From positions 2,880,001 through 2,944,000 of the forward strand of contig OZ251539.1 in NCBI GenBank assembly GCA_965243135.1: 64,000 nt of DNA, in the 5' to 3' direction. The notes beneath the pieces were generated by a model. It did no database searches. It saw nothing but the letters and a program-made list of their open reading frames with translations, and was not told the DNA's origin. This stretch comes from Alphaproteobacteria bacterium (GTDB lineage Bacteria > Pseudomonadota > Alphaproteobacteria > MPNO01 > UBA830). The first letter of the stretch is position 1, and every line of letters starts with the position of its first letter. Of the stretch, positions 39,608-49,402 are shown piece by piece. Position numbers and translations under genes: made by a program.

Positions 39608-40185
39608 TGGCGGCGGCAGCCCTTCTCCTCGCCGCCCCGCCGGCGCCGGCGGAATTCCGCTACGTCGCGCCGCCCGGCGTCCGGCCCAGCCTCGCGGTCG
39701 CCGGCGACACGCTCGCGCAGGTCCTGCGGCGCATGGTTCCGCATCTCGCGCCGCGGTTCGACCGGCGCGTCGACGCCGGCCGCCGCGTCGCGCGCGACTA
39801 TCCGGACTGGCAGGCGCTGTTGTGGGGCGAGGGCCTCGCCTGGAGCCGCCGCGGCGAGGAGCTTCACGTCCGCCCGGCCGGGATCGCGGCGGGGGACGCG
39901 GATCTGGCGGCGCCCGGAAGCGCCCTGTGGAGGATCGCCGCGGGCGAGACCCTGCAGGCCGCCCTCGAACGCTGGGCGGCCCGCGCCGGGGCGCATGTCG
40001 TCTGGCTCACCGACCGGCAGTGGCGGCTGCACGAGACCCGCGTTCTGCGCGGCACCTTCGCCGAGGCGGTCCGTTCCCTCCTGTTCGGGTTGAGCCATCT
40101 CCCGCATCCGCCCGCGGGAGAACTCCGCGAGCGCTCCCTCGCCGTCATGCACCGGTTGCGGACGCGCGGGAGAGACGAACGATGA
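39607..40185 (+). CDS. PilL/TcpQ-like periplasmic protein
   Basis: Signal peptide; WRIAAGETLQAALERWAARAG..VVW TcpQ-domain motif. Confidence 0.65.
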   Translation: MAAAALLLAAPPAPAEFRYVAPPGVRPSLAVAGDTLAQVLRRMVPHLAPRFDRRVDAGRRVARDYPDWQALLWGEGLAWSRRGEELHVRPAGIAAGDADLAAPGSALWRIAAGETLQAALERWAARAGAHVVWLTDRQWRLHETRVLRGTFAEAVRSLLFGLSHLPHPPAGELRERSLAVMHRLRTRGRDER

Positions 40186-40985
40186 AGCGCTCGGCCGGCG
40201 GACGACGCGGACGGGTCGCGGGCCGGGCGGGGCTCCTTCTCCTGCCGGCGCTGTTCGGACCCGCCGCGGGACAGGACGTGATTTCCGCGCTGAAGGAGAA
40301 GGGCGCTTCGATCCGTCCGCTCGGCGAGCGCGGCGGACTCGCCGGCCATCTGGTGACCCTGTCCGGAGGGGAAAGCTACACCCTCTATCTGACGCCGGAC
40401 GGCCACGCGGTCGCCGGCCTGCTTTACGATCCCGGAGGCGGGCTGGTGACGTCGCGCCAGCTCGCCGCTTCGCCCCCGGCGACCGCCGCGCCGCGGGACG
40501 TCGCGCGGCCGGCCGCGCCGGGATCCGCCGCGGCCCTGTTCCGCGACACCCTCTCGGCCTTCGGCTTCACGATCGGCGACCGCGGCCCGACAGTGGCCGT
40601 CTTCGCCGATCCCGGTTGCCGCTGGTCGAACGCGACCGTCGCCGCGCTCGCCGGCGAGGCGCGGCGGGGCGAGATCCGCCTCCGCGTCCTCCCGCTCGGC
40701 CTCCTCGGCGGGATGTCCGCGGCCCGCGCCGCCGCGATCGCGTCGAGCTCCGATCCCGCCGCCGCCTGGTTCGATCCGGCGCAGGCTCCGGAACCCCGCC
40801 CGGACGGCGCGCTGGCCGTCGAACGCAACGACTGGATCTTCGACCGCTGGCGAAAGGGCGGGGTGCCGCTGATTCTCTGGAGGCGGCCGGCGGACGGGCG
40901 CATCGGCTGGCGGGTCGGCGACGTCGGCGACGCGCGCCGCTGGCTGCGGCGGACGTTCCGCCCGGGGGACGGACATGGCGGTTGA
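40182..40985 (+). CDS. DsbC/DsbG-like thioredoxin-fold protein (TrbB-like) with a CxxS active site
   Basis: YLTPDGHAVAGLLYD N-domain, VAVFADPGCRWS, VLPLGLL, GGVP cis-Pro loop. Confidence 0.75.
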   Translation: MKRSAGGRRGRVAGRAGLLLLPALFGPAAGQDVISALKEKGASIRPLGERGGLAGHLVTLSGGESYTLYLTPDGHAVAGLLYDPGGGLVTSRQLAASPPATAAPRDVARPAAPGSAAALFRDTLSAFGFTIGDRGPTVAVFADPGCRWSNATVAALAGEARRGEIRLRVLPLGLLGGMSAARAAAIASSSDPAAAWFDPAQAPEPRPDGALAVERNDWIFDRWRKGGVPLILWRRPADGRIGWRVGDVGDARRWLRRTFRPGDGHGG

Positions 40986-41610
40986 TCCGGCGATCGAGGC
41001 GGCGGGCCGCAACGTCCTCTACCAGACGGACCAGCACCGCGCCTGGCGCCGCGCGGCGCTCGGCATGCTGGCCGGCTGGCTGGTCACCGCCGCCGCCTTC
41101 GCCCTCTACCTCGCCGGCCACGACACCGTCTACGTCGCGGTCGCGGCGACGCCCGACGGCCGGCTGGTCGAGCTCACGCCGCTCTCCGAGCCGATCATGT
41201 CCGACGCCGCCCTGAAGAACTGGACCGTCGCGGCGGTGACCGAAGCGTTCACCCTCGGCCATCACGACTGGCGGATGCGGTTGTCGGCGATCCGCGAGCA
41301 TTTCACGGACGACGGCTACGACGGCTTTCTGGAGGGTCTGGAGAAGTCGCAGTTCCTGACCCGGCTTCGCGACAACCTCCAGGTCGCCTCGACCGTGGCG
41401 CGGGGCGCGCCGGTCATCACCGACACCCGGCTGTTCGGCGGCCGGGTCGGCTGGCAGATGGAATTCCCGATCCTCGTCACCTTCCAGGCCGGCCGCCGCC
41501 GCGTCGACCAGGATCTCGTCGCCCGCGTCCTCGTCCTCCGCGTGCCGCTGTCCGAACGGTTCCGCGGCATCGGCATCGCCCAGCTGATCGCCGCCAGGGG
41601 GAGCGGATGA
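40975..41610 (+). CDS. dotI: T4BSS DotI/IcmL/TraM
   Basis: N-terminal TM, PLSEP, AFTL..HDWRMRL, HFTDDGY..F, WQMEFP, GIGIAQLI. Confidence 0.9.
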   Translation: MAVDPAIEAAGRNVLYQTDQHRAWRRAALGMLAGWLVTAAAFALYLAGHDTVYVAVAATPDGRLVELTPLSEPIMSDAALKNWTVAAVTEAFTLGHHDWRMRLSAIREHFTDDGYDGFLEGLEKSQFLTRLRDNLQVASTVARGAPVITDTRLFGGRVGWQMEFPILVTFQAGRRRVDQDLVARVLVLRVPLSERFRGIGIAQLIAARGSG

Positions 41611-42485
41611 GGGCGCCGCTCGCGGTCGCCGCGCTCCTCGCCGCCGCGCCGGCCGCGGCCCAGGCGCCCGAGGTCTGGCCGGATCACGCCGCGCCGGACG
41701 GCGAGGTCGCCCGCCAGGGACGCGCCGCGCTGCCCTTCACCCGCGACCAGATCGAGCGGCTCGGCCGGCTGCTCCGGCAGACCCGCCGCGCCGCGGCCGG
41801 CGCGCAGGGCGATCCGCCCGCCGGCCGCATCCGCCGCGTCCGGCTGGAAGACGGCGCCGTCCCCGAGATCCGCGTCGCCCGCGGCTACGCCACGGCGATC
41901 TCCTTCGCCGACCTGACCGGCGCGCCGTGGCCGGTCGCCGAGGCCCTGGTCGACGCCCGCTTCCTGCCCGGCGAGGACGCCCGCCCGCCTGGCAGCGAGC
42001 ACCTGCTGTTCCTCGTGCCGCAACGCCATTTCCTTTCGGGCAACGCGGCCGTCAAGCTCAGAGACCGCGACGATCCCGTCATGCTGATGCTGCGCGACGC
42101 CGGCGGCGCGGCGGATTTCCGCGTGGAGATCCGGCTCGGGATCCCCGGCCCGAACGCCGATCCCGCCGCGCTCGCCCGGCCGGAGGCGTTCCACGCCGGC
42201 GATCCCGCGCTGTTCGGCCTGCTCGCCGGCGCGATCCCGCCCGGCGCCGCCCGGCTCGAAGTGGGCGGGGGCGGGCGCGGCGACCGCGCCTGGCGCCTCG
42301 GCGGCGACCTGCTTCTCGTCACCCGGCTGCACCTCCTGTCGCCCGGTCCGCTGGCCGCCGAACGCGGTTCGGACGGGCGCTGGGCCTACCGGCTGCCCGA
42401 CACGCCCTTCGCCCTGGTCTCGGACGCCGGCGCCGTCGCGCGCCTCGCGTTCCGCGCCCCCCGGGAGGTCGCCGATGCGGATTGA
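41607..42485 (+). CDS. dotH: T4BSS DotH/IcmK/TraN
   Basis: PFTRDQI, IRVARGYATAISFADLTGAPWP, GNAAVKL...PV, PGPNA, LLSP motifs. Confidence 0.9.
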   Translation: MRAPLAVAALLAAAPAAAQAPEVWPDHAAPDGEVARQGRAALPFTRDQIERLGRLLRQTRRAAAGAQGDPPAGRIRRVRLEDGAVPEIRVARGYATAISFADLTGAPWPVAEALVDARFLPGEDARPPGSEHLLFLVPQRHFLSGNAAVKLRDRDDPVMLMLRDAGGAADFRVEIRLGIPGPNADPAALARPEAFHAGDPALFGLLAGAIPPGAARLEVGGGGRGDRAWRLGGDLLLVTRLHLLSPGPLAAERGSDGRWAYRLPDTPFALVSDAGAVARLAFRAPREVADAD

Positions 42486-43590
42486 CGCTCTCCGGGCGGG
42501 CCTCGCCGCTCTCCTTATCGTTCCCGCCGCCGCCGCGCAGCACGGCGTGCCGGGCAACGCCGCGCCGAAGCTCGATCCCACGGAAGACGTGCCGCCGGCC
42601 TACGGCGAGACGCTGCGGCAGCGCGCCGGCCAGCAGCTGGAACGCGCCAGAAGGGAAGGGCGGTCGTTCATCGCGCCGCTGCAGGGAAGCGGCGCCGCTC
42701 CCGCCGAGCTTCCGCCGGCCGCCGATTTCTCCGCCCGCCCGCCGCCGCCGGCGAGGCCGGCGCCGGAACCCCCGCCTCCGCCGCCCTACGAGACGATCCG
42801 GGAGGCGGCCGGGACCGGGAATCTCGCGGACCTGCTCGCCGCGCTTCTCGAGGCCTGGAACGAGCCGCCGTCCTTCGCGCGCCTGCGCTACCCCGAGCCG
42901 GACGCCGGGCCGCCGCCTGCCCGACCTCCGCCGCCCGCGCCGCCCGGAGCGGCGCCGCCGGAAATCCGGCCCGGAGCCGCGCTGTTCGCCCGCGCGCTGT
43001 ACGAGATCAATTCCGACTATCCGGGTCCGGTCGTGCTCGAGATCCTCGAGCCGCCGCTCGCCGGCGCGGTCGCGACCGGCGGCTTCGAGACCGTCCGCGA
43101 CCGCATGACGCTGCGCCTGACGAGCCTGTCCTTCCGCGGCGCGCGGTTCCCGGTCGACGCCTGGGCGGTCGGTCTCGACTGCGCCTGCTTCGGCGTCGAC
43201 GCCGAGCGCGACCGCCACTGGATCTCGCGGGCGCTCCTTCCCGCCGCCTTCCGTTTCGCGGAGGGCTTCCTGACGTCCCGCGCCCGTCCGGACGAGACCG
43301 TCCACCTGCCGGGCGGCGACGTCGTCGCGGTGCGCGGCGCCGCGACCGCCCGCGACGACCTGTACGCCGGGCTCGGGCGGTCCGCGCGGTCGGTCGGCGA
43401 CATCCTGCTGGAGGACGCGCCGAAACGCCCGACGGTCCGCATCCCGCGCAATACCGAGCTCGCCGTTATGTTCGCGTCGCCGCCGGCGTCCGCCCGCGCC
43501 GGAGCTTCCCGCCGCCCCGCCCCGGCGCCGTCCGGCGGCCCGGAGCTTCCGCGCGCCGGCAGCGCCGCCGGGCCCGGAGAACGGCGATGA
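42475..43590 (+). CDS. dotG: T4BSS DotG/IcmE/TraO (VirB10-like), short form
   Basis: Pro-rich linker then IRPGAALFARALYEINSDYPGPV..., DRHW, PTVRIP TrbI-like domain. Confidence 0.8.
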   Translation: MRIDALRAGLAALLIVPAAAAQHGVPGNAAPKLDPTEDVPPAYGETLRQRAGQQLERARREGRSFIAPLQGSGAAPAELPPAADFSARPPPPARPAPEPPPPPPYETIREAAGTGNLADLLAALLEAWNEPPSFARLRYPEPDAGPPPARPPPPAPPGAAPPEIRPGAALFARALYEINSDYPGPVVLEILEPPLAGAVATGGFETVRDRMTLRLTSLSFRGARFPVDAWAVGLDCACFGVDAERDRHWISRALLPAAFRFAEGFLTSRARPDETVHLPGGDVVAVRGAATARDDLYAGLGRSARSVGDILLEDAPKRPTVRIPRNTELAVMFASPPASARAGASRRPAPAPSGGPELPRAGSAAGPGERR

Positions 43591-44159
43591 TCCGCCGCTT
43601 CGCCTTCCTCGCGGCGCTCGCCGCGCCTTCCGCCGCTTCCGCGCAGAACCCCGGCGCCGCCCTCGTCTCGCTCGCCCGCGACCTCGATCCCGGCCTCTCG
43701 GCCCTCGTCTCCGGCGTCTGCTACCTGCTGGCCTTCGTCGCCCTGGCCCAGGGGCTGTTGCGCCTCCTCAAGACCTCCGAGGACAAGTTCCACGCCCCGT
43801 CCCTCGCCGGCACCGCGCTGTGCTTCCTGATTTGCGCCGTCCTCGCCGCCTTTCCCTCGTGGATCGACGCCGCCGGGGAGACGCTGTTCGGCGCCTCCCG
43901 CCGACCCTCGGCCGTCCTCGCGTACGCGAACGCCCGGGACGGCAGGTGGAACGACCTGATCCTCGCCGCCTTCTGGGCGGTGTCGTGGGTCGGGCTGTTC
44001 GCCTTCCTGCGCGGCGTTTTCATGATGCGCGCGGCCGCCGACGGGCGCGCCGGCGCCACCGCCGGGCGCGCCGCGATGCACATGTTCGGCGGCGTCCTCG
44101 CCTGGCACATGGCCGCGTTCGTCGACGCCGTCCGGTCCTCCCTCGGTATCTTGCAGTGA
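43587..44159 (+). CDS. TraQ/IcmC(DotE)-like membrane protein
   Basis: Four TM helices; VGLFAFLRG and HMFGGVLAWH motifs; position between dotG and icmB. Confidence 0.65.
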   Translation: MIRRFAFLAALAAPSAASAQNPGAALVSLARDLDPGLSALVSGVCYLLAFVALAQGLLRLLKTSEDKFHAPSLAGTALCFLICAVLAAFPSWIDAAGETLFGASRRPSAVLAYANARDGRWNDLILAAFWAVSWVGLFAFLRGVFMMRAAADGRAGATAGRAAMHMFGGVLAWHMAAFVDAVRSSLGILQ

Positions 44160-44173
44160 AAGGAGAAATCGCC

Positions 44174-44536
44174 ATGAAAAAGACGAAGCGGACGTTCGGG
44201 CGCGCCGGCATCGCGCTCGCCGGCCTCGCCGCCGGCATCCTGCCCGCCGCCGCGAAGACCCTCGGAGAGATGGCCGAGGAGGCCGAGGAGTCGGTCGAGG
44301 GCATCGCCACCCTGATGTCGGGCGCCTTCTGGGTGGTCGGCCTCGGCATCGTCGGATTCGGCCTTCTGAAGCTCAAGAAGCATATCGAGCAGCCGCAGCA
44401 GACCACGGTCGGGGCCGGGGTGATCGCGCTCGTCGTCGGCGCCGCGCTGATCGCCGCGCCGGCCGTCGTCGACGGCATCCTCGAGACCTTCGACCTCGAT
44501 CCCGAGACCGAAGTTCCCAGGCCGAAGCTGAACTGA
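44174..44536 (+). CDS. TraR/IcmD(DotP)-like pilin-type membrane protein
   Basis: RBS aaggag; signal peptide; two TM helices with GLLKLKKHIEQPQQ. Confidence 0.7.
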   Translation: MKKTKRTFGRAGIALAGLAAGILPAAAKTLGEMAEEAEESVEGIATLMSGAFWVVGLGIVGFGLLKLKKHIEQPQQTTVGAGVIALVVGAALIAAPAVVDGILETFDLDPETEVPRPKLN

Positions 44537-44539
44537 GCC

Positions 44540-47461
44540 GTGCTGCTTTCCGCGGTCGAGGACGTGCAGCGCCTGCTCTGGACGGCGCGCCGCAAGCCGC
44601 TCGAGGCGTTCATGCTGCCCGCCTGCGTCCTCCCCGGCGGCGTCCTGCTCGCCCGGGACGCTTCGCTCTGCAGCCTGTTCCGCATCGACGGCGCCCGCGC
44701 CATGACCGGCGCCGCCGAACTCGACCGCTTCGTCGAACTCGGCGCGCGGGCGCTGACCTCCCGCTTCGCCGAGCGCGGGCATGCGCTGCACGTCGTCCTG
44801 GAACGCGCTCCCGACGAGGCGGACCTCGCCGTCGCGACGGCCGGCGACCGCCTGCGCCGCCAGGCCGCGCGGCTCGGCCTCGATCTCGACGACCTGATCG
44901 CCGAGCGCGCCCGCCGCCTCGCGCCTCTTCTGGCGGCCGAGACCGCGATCGCCGCCTGCTGGACGCGGCCGTCGGTCCTGTCCGGCGCCTTGCAGAAACG
45001 CGACCGCCGGCGCGCCGCGCTGCGGATGAAGGACTGGTTGCCGGGTCCGTCGGAGAGCCAGTGCCCGGCGGCCTCCTGGGACGGCCTCGCGCCGCGCCAC
45101 GACGCGTTGTGCGACGCGCTTGCGGCGCTGTTCGCCGACGTCGGCATCGCGGCCGAACGCCTCGGCGGCGACGAAGCCGTCCGCGTCATGCGCGGTCTCG
45201 TCAACGGCCCCGACTCGACGGCGCCGGACTGGCGCCCGGCCACCCCGGCCGACCCGCCGCGAATCCCTCCGGGCGCGTTCCCGCCGCCGCTGGCGCCGCA
45301 GCTGCTGGTCCGCGATCCGGAACGCGCGGGCGGGACGCTGCGCGTCGGCTCCCGGCTCTACGCGCCGCTCGACATGACCCTGGGCCCGCGCCGCGCGCGC
45401 CCCTTCTCCGAACTGATGGACCGGGTTTCCGGGGCGGGATTGCCCTTCCGCTTCTCGATCTTCATCGAAGGCGGCGGCCTCGCCGGCCCGCGCCCCGCCG
45501 CCGCGCGCATCGCCTCCTCCTTTCTCGCCTTCGGCAGCGACGACAGCTTCGCCGTGCGCAACGCCATGGCCGGGCTGCACGAACTCCGCGCCGACGCCGC
45601 GGCGATCGTCCGCCTGCGTCTCGGCCTGCTCACCTGGACGGGCGGCGACGGCGACGCGCTGCAGCGCCGCGCCGCCCGCCTGCAGCAGATCGCGGAGGGC
45701 TGGGGCGAGACCTCGTTCTCGCCGCTCACCGGCGATCCCCTCGAAGCCTTCGCCGGATCGATCCCAGGCTTCGCCTGCGGCGCGACCGCGCCCGCCGCCG
45801 CCGCGCCGCTCTCCGAGGCGTTGCGGTTGCTGCCCGCCGGACGTCCCGCGCCGCCCGCCCGCCTCGACGCCGCCAACCACCTGTTCCGCAGCCCCGACGG
45901 CAAGCTGCTGCCGTTCAGCTACGAGGAGGGCGAGGATTACGGCTTCGAGCTGATCTACGGCATCCCCGGGCGCGGCAAGAGCGTTCTCATGAACTCGCTC
46001 ACCCTCGCCCACGTCCTCCAGTCGGGCCACGACCGCCTGCCGCTCGCCGCCGTGATCGACATCGGTCCCTCGTCGTCCGGGCTGATCTCGCTTCTCCGCG
46101 AAGCGCTGCCGAACGGGCGGCGGCACGAGGCCGGCTGGTTCCGGCTGCGCATGGAGCGCGACTGCGCGATCAACCCCTTCGACACCCGGCTCGGCTGCCG
46201 GCGGCCGCTGCCGTCCGAGCGCGCCTTCCTCGCCAATCTCCTCGGGCTCGTCCTGACGCCGGCCGGCGCGCAGGGCGTTCCCGACGGCATGCGCGAGCTG
46301 ATCGGCCCGACGATCGCCCAGGCCTACGACATGCGCGCCGACGGCGTCCCCGGCGCCGAGCCGCGCGCGTACGCGCCGGGCCTCGATCCCGTGATCGACG
46401 CCGCCCTCGCGCTGCACGACTGCCACCTGCCGACGAACCCGTTGTGGTGGGACGCGGTCGACGCGCTGTTCGCGGCCGGCGCCGTCGAGGCGGCGGAGCG
46501 CGCCCAGCGCCATGCCGTCCCGGTGATGGCCGACCTGCTCTCGGCCGTCCGCCAGCCCGCCGTCCAGGGCCTGATCGGCGAGGCCCGCCACGGCGCCGGC
46601 GGCGAAACCGTCACCGAAGCCTTCAACCGCATCCTCACGTCGCTGACCGGCGACTGGCCGGTGATGTGCGCGCCGACCGCCTTCGACACCGATCAGGCGC
46701 GGGTCGCCGCCATCGACCTGCGCGAGGTCGCGCCGCAGGGTTCGCCCGAGGCCGATCGCCAGACCGCCGCGATGTACCTCCTCGCCCGCCACGCCCTGAC
46801 CCGCGGCTGGTGGCTCGACGAGGACGACCTCGGCGAGATCCCCGAGCGCTACCGCGCCTGGCACGCCGACCGTCTGCGCGACTTCCGCGAGACGCCGAAG
46901 CGCCTCGCCTACGACGAATTCCACCGCACCGGCGCCGTGCCGGCCGCCCGCGCCCAGGTCGAACGCGACGTGCGCGAGGCGAGGAAACTGCGCGTGCGCC
47001 TCTGCCTCGCGTCGCAGAGGATCGAGGATTTCGGCGAGGCGCTGGTCGAGCTCGCCACCCGTTACTGGGTGCTCGGCGCCGGCGGCAAGCGCCAGGAGAT
47101 CGAGGCGCTGTCGAAGGTCTTCGACCTCAACGAGACCGCCACCGAAGCCGTCTCCTTCCGGCTGACCGGGCCGGGCCGCGACGGCGCTCCGGCGCTGCTG
47201 GTCTCGGCCGATCCCCGAGCCGAGCGCATCGTCGTCAACACGCCCGGCCCGGTGGAGCTCTGGGCTCTGAACACCAGCCCGCGCGACGCCGCGCTGCGCG
47301 ACCGCCTCTACCGGCGCTTGCCGCCCGCCGCCGCCCGCGCCGCGCTCGCCCGGCGCTTTCCCGCCGGCACCGCCCGGGACGCGATCGACGCCGAACTCCG
47401 GCGCGGCGGCGCGGAAACGGCGGTCCTCGACCGCCTTGCGGACGAGCTCGCCGCGCCGTGA
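44540..47461 (+). CDS. icmB: T4BSS ATPase IcmB/DotO/TraU (VirB4-like)
   Basis: FRSPDGK, Walker A GIPGRGKSVLMN, IDIGPSSSG, INPFDTRLG, YDEFHR, VREARK, ASQ, GPVELWALNT. Confidence 0.92.
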   Translation: MLLSAVEDVQRLLWTARRKPLEAFMLPACVLPGGVLLARDASLCSLFRIDGARAMTGAAELDRFVELGARALTSRFAERGHALHVVLERAPDEADLAVATAGDRLRRQAARLGLDLDDLIAERARRLAPLLAAETAIAACWTRPSVLSGALQKRDRRRAALRMKDWLPGPSESQCPAASWDGLAPRHDALCDALAALFADVGIAAERLGGDEAVRVMRGLVNGPDSTAPDWRPATPADPPRIPPGAFPPPLAPQLLVRDPERAGGTLRVGSRLYAPLDMTLGPRRARPFSELMDRVSGAGLPFRFSIFIEGGGLAGPRPAAARIASSFLAFGSDDSFAVRNAMAGLHELRADAAAIVRLRLGLLTWTGGDGDALQRRAARLQQIAEGWGETSFSPLTGDPLEAFAGSIPGFACGATAPAAAAPLSEALRLLPAGRPAPPARLDAANHLFRSPDGKLLPFSYEEGEDYGFELIYGIPGRGKSVLMNSLTLAHVLQSGHDRLPLAAVIDIGPSSSGLISLLREALPNGRRHEAGWFRLRMERDCAINPFDTRLGCRRPLPSERAFLANLLGLVLTPAGAQGVPDGMRELIGPTIAQAYDMRADGVPGAEPRAYAPGLDPVIDAALALHDCHLPTNPLWWDAVDALFAAGAVEAAERAQRHAVPVMADLLSAVRQPAVQGLIGEARHGAGGETVTEAFNRILTSLTGDWPVMCAPTAFDTDQARVAAIDLREVAPQGSPEADRQTAAMYLLARHALTRGWWLDEDDLGEIPERYRAWHADRLRDFRETPKRLAYDEFHRTGAVPAARAQVERDVREARKLRVRLCLASQRIEDFGEALVELATRYWVLGAGGKRQEIEALSKVFDLNETATEAVSFRLTGPGRDGAPALLVSADPRAERIVVNTPGPVELWALNTSPRDAALRDRLYRRLPPAAARAALARRFPAGTARDAIDAELRRGGAETAVLDRLADELAAP

Positions 47462-47531
47462 CCGGCGCGGTCCTTCGGGCGCCCGTCGCGGGCGCCGCAG
47501 CCGCCCCGGCGGGGCAGAAAGGAGGGCGCCC

Positions 47532-48095
47532 ATGCCCGGCATGAACGAAGCCAGGGGCCGCAGATTCGCGCCCGGCGGCGGACGTCGCCGGGTTCGTCGT
47601 CGACGGCGGCGAGGGCCAACGTCCGGGCGGCCCGCAGCGAGGCTCAGGGCGGCAGCGGCGGCGCTTCTCCTTCAGGCGCCGCAGGCTTTCGCCGCGGCCT
47701 GCGACCCGCAGGTCGCGGCCGCCCTCGCCGAAGCCGCGCAACGCGGCGTCGAGCGCGACGTGGCCATCGTCCGTCACCCGGACCAGGGGATCCGCAATCC
47801 GGAGAGCATCCTCGAATTCTCCTGCGCCGGCGAGATGTTCGACTACGGGAAGTTCGACCTGTTTTACAACCCGGGACGCGCCGCGAGCGACCTTCTCGGC
47901 CTCGTCCGCCGCCAGGTTTGCGACGCCGCCCGGCGCGCCTACGGGCGCTACGTCGGGCGGGCGCTCGACGCCGCGGTCTACGCCGCTCCCCGGCTGCCCG
48001 GCCTCGAAGCGCGCCCGCGGAGTCCGCCGGAGCCGCGTCCTGCGCCCGGAGCGGGCGACCGCTTCCGCGAGTTGATCGGCGGAGAGCGGCGATGA
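47532..48095 (+). CDS. Cys-containing secreted conjugation protein (TraV-position hypothetical)
   Basis: RBS aaggagg; AFAAACDPQV; conserved-looking Cys residues; position between icmB and traW. Start uncertain. Confidence 0.55.
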   Translation: MPGMNEARGRRFAPGGGRRRVRRRRRRGPTSGRPAARLRAAAAALLLQAPQAFAAACDPQVAAALAEAAQRGVERDVAIVRHPDQGIRNPESILEFSCAGEMFDYGKFDLFYNPGRAASDLLGLVRRQVCDAARRAYGRYVGRALDAAVYAAPRLPGLEARPRSPPEPRPAPGAGDRFRELIGGERR

Positions 48096-49399
48096 CCCGC
48101 CTGACGGCGCTGCGGACGATCGTCCGCGGACTCGTCCGCTCGGGGGCCGGAAAGGAAGCGGGCGGCCTCGGGCGGCCGCGCGACGGGCGACGCGGGGGAG
48201 CCGGCGAGAAAGCGCGAGAAACCGATCCGGCGGGAACGGCCGGCGATCGCCGGGCGGCCGCTCGCAGACGCCGGGGCGGGTCTCTCGCGAGACCGGCCGC
48301 CCTCGTCGTTCTCGGCGTCGCCGCCGCCGGCGGCGCGGACGCCCACCGCTGCGATCCGACCGACAACGACCGCAGGGAGGCGATGCGGGTCATCTCGCGC
48401 ATCGCCGCCCGCATCGACGCGATGGAGGAGCGGGTCGTCGAGGCGCTGCGCCTCCAGACCGCCCAGCAGACCGGCTACCAGGCGCAGTCGGCGAAGGCGC
48501 TGACCCAGGCGCTCGACGCCCAGACCCGGCTCCAGGCGCAGACCGCGCGCGAGGTCGAGGAGACCCGCGCCATGCGCGCCCGCGCCCCGTCGGCCAACGC
48601 CTGCGCGACGGCGACCGGGGCCGCCGGCCTCCGCGCCGCCCGCGACGCCGCGGAAAACGCCCGCCGGGAGGCCGGCCGGATCGAGACCGGCCGCATCGCC
48701 AACGACCGCGCCGTCGCGCCGTTCCCCGGAGCGGCCGCCGACGCCGACGCGCGCTTCGGCGCCGTGACCTCCACGTGGTGCTCCGCCGCCCGCGCCGGCG
48801 ACGCCGCCTGCAAGGGAGAGGACGACCGGCACGCGGCCGACCTCAAGGCCGGCGAGACCCTGTTCGACCGCCGCACGATCGCCTCGCGGGACGAACTGCG
48901 CGCCGCCGTCGAGCTGGCCCGCAACCTCGCCGCGCCGGTGATCCACGACCCGCCGCCCCTCGCTTCGGCCGAGACCGCCGAGGAGCGGCGCCTGGTGCTG
49001 CTCGGCCGCTCCGCCGACGCCCGGTCGGCCCTTGCCGCCGACTACTTCGCGGCGCTGCGGGCGCTCCGCGCTCCGGCCGCCGGCCTCGGCGCCTGGGCCG
49101 AAGCGGTCGCTCCCGGCGCCCGCGACCCGGCGAAACCGGTCAGCCGGTACGAACTGCTCGAACTGCTCGCTTCCCGCCGCCGCGAGGATCCGGCCTGGAC
49201 GGTCGGGTTGCAGGCCATGGGCACGGAGAACCTGTTGCGCGAGATCGCGGTTCTGCTGAGCCTCCAGCTGCAGCTCGACTGGCAGCGGTTCCGCCTCGAC
49301 GAGCGCCGCGGCGCGCTCGCCGCCGCCCGCCTCGCCCTCGGCGCCGAGGAAATGCGCCGCCTGCCGGGGCTCGACAACCCCGCCGCCGCCGCGAACTGA
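48092..49399 (+). CDS. TraW-like secreted conjugation protein
   Basis: Cys motifs, HAADLKAG.TLF, ARSALA, PVSRYELL..LASRR...PAW...L, LLREIA; precedes dotA/traY as in IncI. Confidence 0.6.
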   Translation: MTRLTALRTIVRGLVRSGAGKEAGGLGRPRDGRRGGAGEKARETDPAGTAGDRRAAARRRRGGSLARPAALVVLGVAAAGGADAHRCDPTDNDRREAMRVISRIAARIDAMEERVVEALRLQTAQQTGYQAQSAKALTQALDAQTRLQAQTAREVEETRAMRARAPSANACATATGAAGLRAARDAAENARREAGRIETGRIANDRAVAPFPGAAADADARFGAVTSTWCSAARAGDAACKGEDDRHAADLKAGETLFDRRTIASRDELRAAVELARNLAAPVIHDPPPLASAETAEERRLVLLGRSADARSALAADYFAALRALRAPAAGLGAWAEAVAPGARDPAKPVSRYELLELLASRRREDPAWTVGLQAMGTENLLREIAVLLSLQLQLDWQRFRLDERRGALAAARLALGAEEMRRLPGLDNPAAAAN

Positions 49400-49402
49400 G
49401 CC

